Shown: positions 10,064-20,084, counted from the first letter of the stretch. The stretch is DNA of 61,686 bases from Candidatus Omnitrophota bacterium (GCA_043823745.1 JBDRAN010000012.1:1-61686); one strand, 5' to 3'. Program-made: numbers and translations. The notes: a model not told the origin generated them from the sequence alone.

Positions 10064-10923
10064 TGGTTTTTATGTAAAAACATATCGGCGCCGACATTGA
10101 TAACAAAGCTGATGACAAAAAGAACAATACCGATCGCAAAGAGCGCAAAATAATGTTCACTGCCGACTACCGCTTCACCCATCTCGGCGGCAATCGTCGC
10201 GGTAAGTGTACGTACCGGGACTAAAATGCTTTGTGGTATAACCGCTGAGTTTCCGGTGATCATCATAACCGCCATCGTTTCTCCGATAACTCGGCCTATC
10301 CCAAGCATCACCGCCGCAAGGATTCCGGAAGAGGAAGCCGGTAAAATTACACGTACGATGGTCTGCCAGTGGGTCGCGCCCAGGGCAAACGCGCCATCTT
10401 TGTAGGTTTTAGGGACGCTGTAAAGCGCATCTTCAGCGATAGAGACAATGGTGGGCATGGCCATAAATGCAAGCATAATTGAGCCTGAAAGGGCGCACAG
10501 GCCGGTTGGCAGATTAAAGGTGCTTTTTACCCAGGGTACCAGCGTTACCATGCCGATAAAGCCAAGGACGACGCTGGGTATTGCCGCGAGTAATTCAACT
10601 CCGGCTTTGAGGATTTCCTTGATTTTTAAGGGAGCAATTTCCGCGATGTAAATAGCGCATGGCACCCCGATGAGAATGGAGATTACCATGGCAACGACGG
10701 TTACGACAAGCGAACCAAGAATAAGTGGTAAAATTCCCAGTTGCGCAGGCTCCGAGATAGGATACCAGTTCTTTCCGCCCAGGAATGCCGCGGGAGAAAT
10801 TGTTTTAAAGACGGATAAACCTTCCTTAAGCAGGAAAAGAAAAATCAGAATAACAAAAAAAATCGAGGCGATACCGCAGAGAAAGATCAGTTTTTCGATG
10901 ATAAATTCTTTAATTTTTCTCAT
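10060..10923 (-). CDS. pstC: Phosphate ABC transporter permease PstC
   Basis: ELLAAIPSVVLG and GRVIGETMAV motifs. Confidence 0.96.
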   Translation of the reverse strand: MRKIKEFIIEKLIFLCGIASIFFVILIFLFLLKEGLSVFKTISPAAFLGGKNWYPISEPAQLGILPLILGSLVVTVVAMVISILIGVPCAIYIAEIAPLKIKEILKAGVELLAAIPSVVLGFIGMVTLVPWVKSTFNLPTGLCALSGSIMLAFMAMPTIVSIAEDALYSVPKTYKDGAFALGATHWQTIVRVILPASSSGILAAVMLGIGRVIGETMAVMMITGNSAVIPQSILVPVRTLTATIAAEMGEAVVGSEHYFALFAIGIVLFVISFVINVGADMFLHKNQ

Positions 10924-10934
10924 AGGCGCGTGAG

Positions 10935-11792
10935 TTATTGCTTAATTGGTACAAAGTCGGTTTCAAGAACGATCTTCTGCCCTTCGACAGAAAGTGCGTA
11001 GTCAATAAATGCTTTGATGTCGCCCTGCGGTGTTTTGTTCGTGTATATGAACAGGGGCCGCGAAATAGGATATTTTCCGCTTATAACATTTTCGATGACG
11101 GGGGCTACGTATTCTGATGTGTTATTGGGCGCAACGGCAATTGCTTTTTGGCGGCTTGATATATAACCCATGCCGTAATAGCCGATTGCCCCGGAGTTTC
11201 CCGAAACTTCTTCGGCAATGGCCTGAGAAGAGGATAGCATCAGCGCGCCAGGAGCAAACTCTTCTTTGCTGCGTGCGTCAAGCTTACGTAAGACATGTTC
11301 CTTAAAATAAACATGCGTTCCGGAATTGACTTCGCGGGAAAGAACTACGATTTTCTGGTCGTTGCCGCCGACTTCTTTCCAGTTGGTGATGGTACCGGTA
11401 AAAATACCGGCTAATTGGTCTGTCGTTAGGTTGCTGACGGGATTTGCAGGGTTGACTACGACCGCAAGTCCGTCGAGCGCTACCTTTATTTCAAAAGGCT
11501 CGATATTTTTATTCTTGGCCAGCTCTATCTCTTTTTCTTTAATGTTGCGTGAGCTCATGGCAATATCGCAGGTTCCACTGATAAGGCTTGAAAGACCCGT
11601 TCCCGAACCTCCGCCGGTCACCGCAATAAACTTACCGGTATTTTTCTCCATATATTTTTCAGCCCAGGTCTGCACCAGGTTTACCATGGTGTCAGAACCT
11701 TTTATCTGAACCATTTTATTTTTCGCTGCAACCGTTGATAATGTGGCGACGATAAGAGCGATTGTGCCTAAAAGCGTGATTATTTTTTTCAT
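10935..11792 (-). CDS. pstS: Phosphate ABC transporter substrate-binding protein PstS
   Basis: IKGSDTM, GGGSGTG, SREVNSGT and YPISRPL motifs; signal peptide. Confidence 0.96.
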   Translation of the reverse strand: MKKIITLLGTIALIVATLSTVAAKNKMVQIKGSDTMVNLVQTWAEKYMEKNTGKFIAVTGGGSGTGLSSLISGTCDIAMSSRNIKEKEIELAKNKNIEPFEIKVALDGLAVVVNPANPVSNLTTDQLAGIFTGTITNWKEVGGNDQKIVVLSREVNSGTHVYFKEHVLRKLDARSKEEFAPGALMLSSSQAIAEEVSGNSGAIGYYGMGYISSRQKAIAVAPNNTSEYVAPVIENVISGKYPISRPLFIYTNKTPQGDIKAFIDYALSVEGQKIVLETDFVPIKQ

Positions 11793-11840
11793 AGATCCTC
11801 CTTTACGATAGGGGTGCTGGTGTCAACCGGGACAACGCCT

Positions 11841-11887
11841 ATTATACATTTTTTTACCATTGCGCATGTAAAATCTATGTAAAATCT
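11841..11887 (-). promoter_or_regulatory. Pho box and -10 element of the pstS promoter
   Basis: Minus strand AGATTTTACAT-AGATTTTACAT, a perfect 11-bp-period direct repeat (11866-11887), about 19 nt upstream of TATAAT (11841-11846). Confidence 0.75.
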
Positions 11888-11997
11888 TCCCATGGCTGGG
11901 CCATTTTAATGACAATTCTATTGTCTTCTTCCCACGCTATATTGTTGGCCGTTGCAGGTATGGTTAATGCCAGCCCTATTCTCATAAGCCATTTCAT
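11875..11997 (-). pseudogene. Possible truncated remnant of a second pstS-like gene (40 aa)
   Basis: MKWLMRIGLALTIPATANNIAWEEDNRIVIKMAQPWEDFT with AAGGAGA RBS; IVIK..AQPW resembles the PstS N-terminus. Confidence 0.4.
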
Positions 11998-12018
11998 GAT
12001 AGTGATCTCCTTGGTCTT

Positions 12019-13272
12019 TTAGAATTTAAAATTAAGATCAACCTGGAAAAGATTTTCCGGATTCTTTAAAAGGTGCAACCTCTTGGTGTGGTAATAATCA
12101 AGGTCAAGGCTCACGTTCTTGCTTAAGCCCAGCGAGTAACTTACTTCGTGTCCGCTGATACCGGTTCCGCCGCCGTAACGGTCTGAATCAGGAAGCGCAT
12201 CGATCCAGGCATTGCTTTCAAGACGCGCAAACAGGTACTTAAATTGCCAATCGCCTTTGCCGGCAATTTTCTGACTGCCGATTTTTATTCCGGTAAGATA
12301 GCCGTCGTTGTTTTCGCTGGGATGAATGTTGCGAACGTATTCAGTGAATATTCCGGCATAGGGTAATTTGATTCCCAGTACCGTCAGAGGGTTGTTTACA
12401 CCCACTTCAAGCATGGGGGTGACGCAGTCATAATCATCCCTGAGTGCATTGCCCACGCGGGTATTGGTGTTTGAGCTATACTCCAGAACATCCCCCTTGA
12501 CGTTGTTAAAACCGGTATAGCCCAGCGCAAATTTAACATTGGTGTTTTCTGCGGGTTTCCATTCAAGGCCGGGTTGGATAACCCACATAAAGGGATCTGA
12601 TTCCGAGCTCATGGTAAAGGAGCGCTCATCGTCATCAAGCACAAAAATTCCGGTGTTGGCAAAAAGGCTTAACTTCTGATTAAGCGCGTAGTTAAACTGT
12701 GCCGCGCCGCCTTCGGGGTGAATGTCGGTGTCCCATAAGAGGTCACCCGGTTCCCAGAGAGGATTTTTCATTCTGCCGCCGAAAGCGGTTACCCAGGGAG
12801 TGAGTGCGTATTCGGCAAATACGTAATCAAGACGGATGTCTTTAAGCTCGAACATATTCTCGAATGTCTGGTTTGTCGAACGCGGGTCGGTGCCGCCTGA
12901 GGAAAGGCCGAGATATATCTTTACCTGGGGATTGACTTTGGCTTCAGCGCCCAGACGCAGGCGGAAGCGTCCCCGGTTTCTTCCGTGGCCGGAGTTTGTG
13001 CTGGCCTTTCTGTTTTCATGTTGGTAGCGTAAGCGAAAATCACCTTTTAATTTAATAGTTTTGAGCCATGTCGGCAGCGTTTCATACGTGCCTTGCGTAA
13101 TTTCTTTTTTTACTTCTTCTTTTGTTTCGGTAACGATCTGTTGCGCTTCGCCGGCGGTGAGAATTCCCTTCTCAACAAGTTTCTGAACCAAAACATCGAT
13201 TTCACCTGCAAAAACCGTTTGCGTAAAACACAGGAGCGCTGCGGCCGCAACGCCCATTTTCAAACCCCTCAT
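12019..13272 (-). CDS. Putative porin, likely phosphate-regulated
   Basis: Signal peptide, LVEKGILT N-domain, KGDFRLRY, RFRLRLG, STNQT, C-terminal LNFKF. Confidence 0.85.
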   Translation of the reverse strand: MRGLKMGVAAAALLCFTQTVFAGEIDVLVQKLVEKGILTAGEAQQIVTETKEEVKKEITQGTYETLPTWLKTIKLKGDFRLRYQHENRKASTNSGHGRNRGRFRLRLGAEAKVNPQVKIYLGLSSGGTDPRSTNQTFENMFELKDIRLDYVFAEYALTPWVTAFGGRMKNPLWEPGDLLWDTDIHPEGGAAQFNYALNQKLSLFANTGIFVLDDDERSFTMSSESDPFMWVIQPGLEWKPAENTNVKFALGYTGFNNVKGDVLEYSSNTNTRVGNALRDDYDCVTPMLEVGVNNPLTVLGIKLPYAGIFTEYVRNIHPSENNDGYLTGIKIGSQKIAGKGDWQFKYLFARLESNAWIDALPDSDRYGGGTGISGHEVSYSLGLSKNVSLDLDYYHTKRLHLLKNPENLFQVDLNFKF

Positions 13273-13322
13273 CGAAACCCCCTTTCTTTTTTATCTTTTT
13301 ACAGCCAAAGTATACCCCAGAG

Positions 13323-13364
13323 GTATTAAATCCAAATAAAGAGGATGTAAAATCTAGGTTAAAT
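13323..13364 (-). promoter_or_regulatory. Pho box upstream of the porin gene
   Basis: Minus strand ATTTAACCT-AGATTTTACAT, the same unit as at pstS; TATACT -10 at 13309-13314. Confidence 0.65.
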
Positions 13365-13453
13365 GAAGGGTGGCAGAGGGTAGCCGCCGTGGGCGGTATC
13401 TTCTACAGAAAGAAAGGAGATGCACTAATTAATTGAGGTATATGTTGAGGAAA

Positions 13454-14434
13454 TTAAGTTTGGGATAGAAGCGTTACAGATTCTTTGAATGCTTCGATAA
13501 TAGAACGTGCCTGGCCGAGGGTCTTTGCGTGCGAGAACCGCTCGCGTAAAGGGCGGGTGCCGCTTAAGCCCTTGGTGTACCAGTGGAAGAACTTGCGAAA
13601 CATAATAATACTATGCGTCGGGCCCCAGAAAGCGGCAAGCACCTCCAGGTGTTCGGCCATAACCTGCGCAATCACTTTTATGGTCGGTCTGTGAAATATT
13701 TTCTTGTGTGTAGCTGCGTCGAGCTCTTTAAATATCCAAGGGTTTCCGAGGGCTCCTCGGGCGATTGCTACTGCATCGGCCCCGGTTTCATTAAACATTT
13801 TTTCAACGAGCGGCGCCGAAAAAATATCGCCGCTTGCGATGACCGGAACAGAAAGTATTTTTTTTACGGCGCGGATGATTTCATAGTCAACAGCGCCAAA
13901 ATATCCTTGTGAACGGGTTCTGCCATGGAGGAATATGCCCGCTACTCCTGCATCTTGAGCCGCCCGGGCTGTCTCGGTCGCATTTACGGAGTTTTTATCC
14001 CAACCGGCGCGGATTTTAACCGTAACCGGCCAGGGCGAATGGTTGACGAGAACCGAGAGCAATTGTCCGAGATGTTTTGGGTTTTTGAGCAAGCTTGCTC
14101 CTTTTCCTTTGGAAGTAACTTTTTTTACCGGGCAGGCAGCATTAAAATCAAGGATGTCAAAATGGTATTTTTCCAATATTTCGATGGAGCGTATCAAATA
14201 ATCAGGTTCATTACCGACTAACTGCACACCCAGCGGTCGGTCATGTTTGTCAGTTGCAAGCATCCGGTTTATTTTTTTATTTTCATAGCAGAGTGAGCGT
14301 GCATCGATCATTTCGGTGAAGGCGAGCTCGGCACCAAAGCGGCGGTTGAGTCTCCGGAAAGTAAGGTCGCTGATCCCCGCAAGAGGGGAAAGAATGTAGG
14401 GGCTTTTGAGTTTAAGGGTACCGAGGGTAAGCAT
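13454..14434 (-). CDS. dusB: tRNA dihydrouridine synthase
   Basis: SPLAGISD, NAACPVKKV..G.GA.LL, VTVKIRAGW, HGRTR, IARGALGNPW. Confidence 0.92.
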   Translation of the reverse strand: MLTLGTLKLKSPYILSPLAGISDLTFRRLNRRFGAELAFTEMIDARSLCYENKKINRMLATDKHDRPLGVQLVGNEPDYLIRSIEILEKYHFDILDFNAACPVKKVTSKGKGASLLKNPKHLGQLLSVLVNHSPWPVTVKIRAGWDKNSVNATETARAAQDAGVAGIFLHGRTRSQGYFGAVDYEIIRAVKKILSVPVIASGDIFSAPLVEKMFNETGADAVAIARGALGNPWIFKELDAATHKKIFHRPTIKVIAQVMAEHLEVLAAFWGPTHSIIMFRKFFHWYTKGLSGTRPLRERFSHAKTLGQARSIIEAFKESVTLLSQT

Positions 14435-14449
14435 AGACTAGCGTTTAGT

Positions 14450-14473
14450 CCCCTTCGGGGAGGCTTCGCACCG
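14450..14473. repeat. REP-like element (family 2) CCCCTTCGGGGAGGCTTCGCACCG
   Basis: Also at 18131-18155 and inverted at 22081-22104. Confidence 0.7.
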
Positions 14474-14517
14474 TAGAGCGGATAGCGTAGAAGGTAGAGA
14501 TTCAATATTCATTTTTA

Positions 14518-15747
14518 CTATACGCTAAACGCTCCACGCTCTCCGCTATTTGTAATGGGGAGGGTAAACCAAAATATCGACCCCTGGCCTTCAGCACTTT
14601 CGACGCCGATCGAGCCGCCATGCAGTTCGATGATGTGCTTTGCAATAGCAAGGCCAAGCCCGGCGCCAGATTTTGAGCCCGCGCGCGATTTATTCACCTG
14701 ATAAAAGCGTTCAAATACGCGTTCTCTATCGCCATGGGTAATGCCGACGCCGGAATCCTGGACACTGATACGTAAGGTTCCTTGCGTCTCGGTGCACTCT
14801 ATTGTAATGGTTCCGTTCTCTGTGTTGAATTTTATAGCGTTATCGATAATATTGGAGATGACGCGAAGGAGTTGTTCTTTGTCCGCGAGCGCGCTTATAT
14901 GTAAGGGGATGTTATTCGTAAGTGCAATATGTTTTTTTTGCAGAGCAATGGCATAATCGAGCCTGACGCTGTCGATAAAATTTTTAAGAGCGATCGGTTC
15001 ATGCCGTAAGACCAGATGGCGGGATTCAATACGTGAGAGTTCAAGAAGCTCGCTAATTAAATGTTCGAGGCGTTCGGTGTGCTCCTGAATAATATGAAGG
15101 AAATTTTCACGGTTCTTTTTGTCATCGATCGCGCCTTCAAGGAGGGTTTCTACGAAACCTTTAATAGAGGTAAGAGGGGTTTTGAGCTCATGGGAGATGT
15201 TAGCTACAAATTCAGCGCGCGTCGATTCCAGCTTCCTGATTTCTGTCATGTCATAGAAGAGGAGAACGCAGCCTTTGATTGCCGTATCTGCCGTAAGCGG
15301 TGTGGCGCTTACCTTAAATATGGTGCGTATCGGCGAAAGAAACGTGACTTCTTTTGAGATGCTCACGCACGTGGCGAATACAGCGCTGACGATCTCAAAG
15401 ATTTCGTTGTTGCGGACGACTTCAAGGAAAAATTTCCCTCGCACATCGCTTTCCAGGATGCCAAAAATTCGTTGACTCGCAGGATTAATTAAAACGATTC
15501 TTTGTTCTGCATCAAGCGCGATTACACCTTCAGCCATGCTTGTGATGACGGCTTCCAGTTGAGCGTTTTTGACGCGCAGCATCTCACCCCGCGCCTGGAG
15601 GGTCCCCAGCGTTTCGTTTACGGCGTCAGCAAGTTCTTTCGTTGTGCCGGTACCGGGTGCATGTATTTTCTTGATCGTGCCATCTGAGACAATCTCCTTG
15701 AGGGTTTTAGTGATTGCGCGCAATTTTCGGTTGGTTGAGAAAAACAT
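14518..15747 (-). CDS. phoR: PAS-containing sensor histidine kinase PhoR
   Basis: FVANISHELKTPLTSIKG H-box; N, G1, F and G2 boxes; PAS domain; next to phoB. Confidence 0.9.
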   Translation of the reverse strand: MFFSTNRKLRAITKTLKEIVSDGTIKKIHAPGTGTTKELADAVNETLGTLQARGEMLRVKNAQLEAVITSMAEGVIALDAEQRIVLINPASQRIFGILESDVRGKFFLEVVRNNEIFEIVSAVFATCVSISKEVTFLSPIRTIFKVSATPLTADTAIKGCVLLFYDMTEIRKLESTRAEFVANISHELKTPLTSIKGFVETLLEGAIDDKKNRENFLHIIQEHTERLEHLISELLELSRIESRHLVLRHEPIALKNFIDSVRLDYAIALQKKHIALTNNIPLHISALADKEQLLRVISNIIDNAIKFNTENGTITIECTETQGTLRISVQDSGVGITHGDRERVFERFYQVNKSRAGSKSGAGLGLAIAKHIIELHGGSIGVESAEGQGSIFWFTLPITNSGERGAFSV

Positions 15748-15752
15748 AATAC

Positions 15753-16445
15753 TTAGCTCTCGAGGTTAAAGCGGTAGCCGTAATTTTTTACGGTAACAAT
15801 ACGAGCGGCTTCATTTTTTAATTTCTTGCGAAGAGAGCGTATATGTACGTCAATGGTGCGGGTTTCTATTTCTGCGGCCCGGTCAAATCCCCAGATGTTT
15901 TCAAGCAGATAATCGCGGGAAAGCATTCTTCCGTTTGCTTGCGCGAGGGTTTTTAAAAGCTCAAATTCTTTGGCAGTTAACTCAAGGGCTTTGCGTTTAA
16001 GAGTTACGCTGACTTTGGAGAAGTCGATGACCAGTCCGCCGACATGCAACATTTCATGAGCTGGCTGTTGCTCGTTCGCGCGCCGCAGAACAGCCTTAAT
16101 GCGCGCGATGAGTTCTTTGGGGCTAAAGGGCTTGGTGACATAATCGTCAGCTCCAAGCTCAAGCCCCACGATTTTATCGGTTTCCTGAGATTTTGCGGTC
16201 AACATAATAATGGGAATGCGCGACGTTTTTACGTTTCGTTTGAGGATCTTACAAACCTCGATACCGTCAAGCTCAGGTAACATTAAATCAAGAAGAATGA
16301 GATTAGGATGGGCTTGCCCTGCTACCTCCAGCGCTTCTTCACCGTCACCGGCGACCAGAGTTTTAAAACCCTCCTTGGCAAGGTTATATTCGAGCATTTT
16401 GACGATATCTTTTTCGTCTTCGACAATAAGGATTTTTTCTTTCAT
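15753..16445 (-). CDS. phoB: OmpR-family response regulator PhoB/PhoP
   Basis: MKEKILIVEDE, LLDLMLP, GADDYVTKPFS, TRTIDVHIRSLRKK; start moved to ATG 16445. Confidence 0.88.
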   Translation of the reverse strand: MKEKILIVEDEKDIVKMLEYNLAKEGFKTLVAGDGEEALEVAGQAHPNLILLDLMLPELDGIEVCKILKRNVKTSRIPIIMLTAKSQETDKIVGLELGADDYVTKPFSPKELIARIKAVLRRANEQQPAHEMLHVGGLVIDFSKVSVTLKRKALELTAKEFELLKTLAQANGRMLSRDYLLENIWGFDRAAEIETRTIDVHIRSLRKKLKNEAARIVTVKNYGYRFNLES

Positions 16446-16587
16446 GGGATGGTTTGGGGATTTGATATGTGGATATACTGTATACAAAAAAGGTGTATAT
16501 TGCAAGATTTTATTTTGCGGGTATAATCACTTTGTTCGTGGGTTTTTTTATTATCGCAAGGGGCATCATCTAAGCTAAAGGAGCGCT

Positions 16588-17121
16588 ATGAGAGAAAAAT
16601 TGCTTGAGTTGCTCAAGCGGGACGCGTGGTTTAAGGGAGAGGTAAAGCTTGCTTCAGGCAAGGTAAGTGATTTCTATATCGATGTCCGCAGGGTGAGCTT
16701 AACCTCGGAAGGGATTTATTACATTTCGCATAGTATCTGGGAGATGATTAAGAACGATACAATCCATGCCCTCGGCGGCCCGACATTGGGCGCTGATCCG
16801 ATTGTGGGTGGCGTGTGTATGGTCGCGCATGGTAAAAGGAAATACTTAAAAGGATTCCTGATGCGCAAAACCCCCAAAGAGCATGGTCGGCAGCAACTCA
16901 TCGAGGGCAAAGAATTACTTGCCGGCGAGCGCGTCGTCGTCATTGATGATGTCGCGACCAGCGGCGGTTCTTTGCTGAAAGCTGTTGAGGTGCTGCAAAA
17001 AGAAAAAGTCACCGTGGTTAAGGCGGTAACCGTGATCGATCGAGAAGAGGGTGCGGCCGAGAAATTTAGTAAAATCGGAGTACCGCTTCTGTCGATCTTT
17101 AAGCGCAGCGATTTCTTTTGA
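16588..17121 (+). CDS. pyrE: Orotate phosphoribosyltransferase
   Basis: LASGKVSDFYID, RK..KEHG, VVIDDVATSGGS PRPP-binding loop. Confidence 0.95.
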   Translation: MREKLLELLKRDAWFKGEVKLASGKVSDFYIDVRRVSLTSEGIYYISHSIWEMIKNDTIHALGGPTLGADPIVGGVCMVAHGKRKYLKGFLMRKTPKEHGRQQLIEGKELLAGERVVVIDDVATSGGSLLKAVEVLQKEKVTVVKAVTVIDREEGAAEKFSKIGVPLLSIFKRSDFF

Positions 17122-17124
17122 AGA

Positions 17125-17967
17125 ATGATTACGCAGATTAGGAATAGATTACACAGATTTAATATTTCAATCTGTCATCTGCCATTTGCCCAACAGGGCG
17201 TCCTAGGGACTGCCGTCTGCTATCTGTTGCTCGCCGGTTGCATTACCAGCGAATACAATGTCGGCACCCATCGGCATGATACGATGCTTTATTCTACCGC
17301 GAAGGAGGCAGCCATGGGGGCCAACATCGCGCGTAAAATTGCCGATGAGTTTAAGCTTTCAAAAAGTCCTTACGACATCGAGCGCATTAATACCATTGGA
17401 AGGAAGGTTGCCGCTGTCTGTGACCGGAAAGAAATTAATTATTATTTCTATGTTATCGAAGAAGATGACAAGGGGAAAAAAGACGAGAAGAACGCTTTTA
17501 GTGTTCCCGGAGGCTATGTCTATATTTTTAAAGCGCTCATGGATGATTTAACCGATGAGGAACTTGCGTATGTCCTGGCGCACGAGGTTTCACATGTCGT
17601 TTCTCGTCACGGCATCAAGCGTCTGCAGGCCGCGATGGGGTACAATCTACTTATGGTTGCCGCGGTAGGCGCGCGGGCTGACCCTGAATTTGTCAATGGA
17701 CTTTCGTTCGCGCTCGCGCAGCTTATTGCCGGGTATTCTCGTGAAGATGAGTTTAATGCCGATGAGTTGGCTGCCAAATATCTAAAGATGGTCGGTTACG
17801 ATCCTCGTATCGGTATCGATGTTTTGGAGAAACTTTACAAAGAAAACAAGAAAGAGATTAGGCCGCTTTCATATTTTCGTACCCACCCGTATACTGCCGA
17901 GCGTATCCGTCACATCAAGGAAACTCTCCATCTGCCGATTGATGTGAATGATTTTATCAATTCATAG
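17125..17967 (+). CDS. M48 family metallopeptidase lipoprotein
   Basis: Lipobox LLAGC, NAFSVPGG, HEVSH, YSREDEFNAD, FRTHP. Confidence 0.92.
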   Translation: MITQIRNRLHRFNISICHLPFAQQGVLGTAVCYLLLAGCITSEYNVGTHRHDTMLYSTAKEAAMGANIARKIADEFKLSKSPYDIERINTIGRKVAAVCDRKEINYYFYVIEEDDKGKKDEKNAFSVPGGYVYIFKALMDDLTDEELAYVLAHEVSHVVSRHGIKRLQAAMGYNLLMVAAVGARADPEFVNGLSFALAQLIAGYSREDEFNADELAAKYLKMVGYDPRIGIDVLEKLYKENKKEIRPLSYFRTHPYTAERIRHIKETLHLPIDVNDFINS

Positions 17968-18130
17968 CAGGCTGCAGGCCAGAGGGGCATGGTTTCGCTT
18001 CTAGCCCAGAAGGGCAATGCTCGCGCGATACCTTTGAGCGCGAGGTACATAGCCAAAGCCACAGGCTTAAAACTTTGGTGTCACCAAGTCGCAAAGTCAC
18101 AAGGTCACAGGTTTTTACTGGTGACTTTGT

Positions 18131-18155
18131 CCCCTCGCGGGGAGGCTTCGCACTG
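18131..18155. repeat. REP-like element (family 2)
   Basis: cccctcgcggggaggcttcgcactg between convergent genes. Confidence 0.6.
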
Positions 18156-18170
18156 TTGTGGTGACTGACC

Positions 18171-19133
18171 TTAGATTTTAATAAAATCCTTAAGCAAGAA
18201 GAGGAGGACGAGGTTAAGCGTATTGTAGAGGGAGTGGAATATGATTGGCGAGATAATATTTTGTGTTTTCTCGTAGGTATAACACAGCGCGATACTTATA
18301 AACGAAAGCGGCAGGATATCGTATGGGGTCCGGTGGAGAACCGCGAAGAAAAGCGATGTTGCGATTGCTGCGGGTAAAAATGAGAATCGTGTCCGCGTGA
18401 ATTTATAAATGAACCCTCGAAAGAAAAGTTCTTCCGCAACAGGCCCTAAGATCGCCGCCTCAAAGGCTAAGAGCGCCATCATCGGCTTATTTTTAAGCGT
18501 AAGAAAAAGCGGGATGGCAGGATTAATCGTGCGTGTTATGTTCAATGTTTGAGTTACGAGCGTGCTTACAAACGCCGCCAGTATCAGAAGGGGCAGCGTT
18601 GCGGTATAGACGCTCAAGATGGCAGTGAGATTTTGTCTTTGTATTTTAAAATCGAGCCATCGTACTGAAAGAAAGGCAACGACGAGTAATATGGTGCCAA
18701 GCTCCATGAGACCGTTGGCCGTCAGTAAAAGCCCGATTGGATTTATGCGGATATCAGCCCGGGAGATCAAAACAATGGTTAGTTCAAGCGTAAGGAGCAG
18801 AAAGGAGGCTAGAAAGAAGAGCTTACTTGATTGTTCCTCGGCCAGCGGCAGCATTTTTTGCGCTTCTTGCCGGTTGATTGCCGGCATCCCGTGGAATTTT
18901 TTTACTGCAGCCACAGCTAGCATAATTACGCCTGTTACAATCAATCCCGCATAGAGCATAAGGAAAAAAGAAATAAGTTTCAGATGAGGGCTTTTGAGGA
19001 GTTGTTGCTGGTTGAGCGAGAAATTAATTCCGGGATCCGGAAGAGCTTTTGCGGTAATGATGCTTTGAAGCGTGATAATGCCGGTCAGGCAGAGGATGGT
19101 TGCGATAAGGTAGAGGTTACGTTTGGAGAGCAT
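18171..19133 (-). CDS. CPBP (CAAX/Abi) family intramembrane metalloprotease
   Basis: AEELFFRG, FAVLH and HSLYN motifs; multiple TM segments. Confidence 0.92.
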   Translation of the reverse strand: MLSKRNLYLIATILCLTGIITLQSIITAKALPDPGINFSLNQQQLLKSPHLKLISFFLMLYAGLIVTGVIMLAVAAVKKFHGMPAINRQEAQKMLPLAEEQSSKLFFLASFLLLTLELTIVLISRADIRINPIGLLLTANGLMELGTILLVVAFLSVRWLDFKIQRQNLTAILSVYTATLPLLILAAFVSTLVTQTLNITRTINPAIPLFLTLKNKPMMALLAFEAAILGPVAEELFFRGFIYKFTRTRFSFLPAAIATSLFFAVLHRTPYDILPLSFISIALCYTYEKTQNIISPIIFHSLYNTLNLVLLFLLKDFIKI

Positions 19134-19140
19134 GTGATCT

Positions 19141-19301
19141 TAATTTAATCCCTCGCAGCCCACCAGGGGCGTCCTTGGGGGACAGAAATCACTGGGCTTT
19201 AGGCCAACAGGACACCCTTGGAGGGCAGCCCGAGGGATGAATGCGATTATGGATTCCTGCTCGGGAGGAAGCCCCGGTCTAAAGACTGGAGAGGCTTCAC
19301 T
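19141..19301. repeat. Palindromic MITE/REP-like element (family 1)
   Basis: Homologous to 4386-4522; ends in gaagccccggtctaaagactggagaggcttcac. Confidence 0.7.
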
Positions 19302-19329
19302 ATTTTCTGCCGGAGAACAAAGCGCGGGT

Positions 19330-19764
19330 TTAACCATACGCAATCGAGAGATATAAGCATCCTTTCCCCGTTTTTTGATTATAAAAAAAGATTGCTGAAG
19401 CAAATCCGTGTTTCGTCGGGACCCACTGTTGCATTCCAAATGACTTTCTATATTTATTTCTAAAAAAGGAACTGGATGGATCTTGGCTATCCGGAATGAC
19501 TATTAATCTTTTTTCGTCGTCAAAGTATGGCAATGCTTCCTGAAGCTCTAGCTTGGCCGCAAAATTGTTTATTTGTTCTGGACGTACGCTCACGTTGCAA
19601 TGCATTTCTCGTGCAACCCACCCTCCATGGCATCCGTTGAACTCGTAGGGCACGCCTGTTTCATTTAGTAAGGCCCGCACCTGGGACTGAAATGGATTGG
19701 GGATGCATCCCGCAAACAGAGTGGCGATAAATAGAAATGAAACGATTCGTGTGGTTCTTATCAT
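19330..19764 (-). CDS. Hypothetical lipoprotein
   Basis: Lipobox LFAGC after hydrophobic stretch; GAGG RBS before ATG 19764. Confidence 0.65.
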   Translation of the reverse strand: MIRTTRIVSFLFIATLFAGCIPNPFQSQVRALLNETGVPYEFNGCHGGWVAREMHCNVSVRPEQINNFAAKLELQEALPYFDDEKRLIVIPDSQDPSSSFFRNKYRKSFGMQQWVPTKHGFASAIFFYNQKTGKGCLYLSIAYG

Positions 19765-20084
19765 ATTTATACCTCGCAAAACTATCTCCAATGCTGGTTA
19801 GATGGTTTTACGGTAGAGGTAAGACAACGGGTAGTCGTGGACCCGCCAATCTCGCCATAAGCGGATTAGCGAGGTCTCGCCCGCCAAGCAAATCTTGGCG
19901 AGGCGGACGCCAGGCGAACCCTACAACCCATTGAAATACAACTACTTATAAGAATTCATCGCAAACGCAGTATGGGCTGGCTCATCACCTTAGACGAACC
20001 CATTTTCAATAAACCTACAAAATCCAAAGAACCAACAAATTCAGAACCTCACTACGACTACGTTATTTAACTTCTACTGACTAA

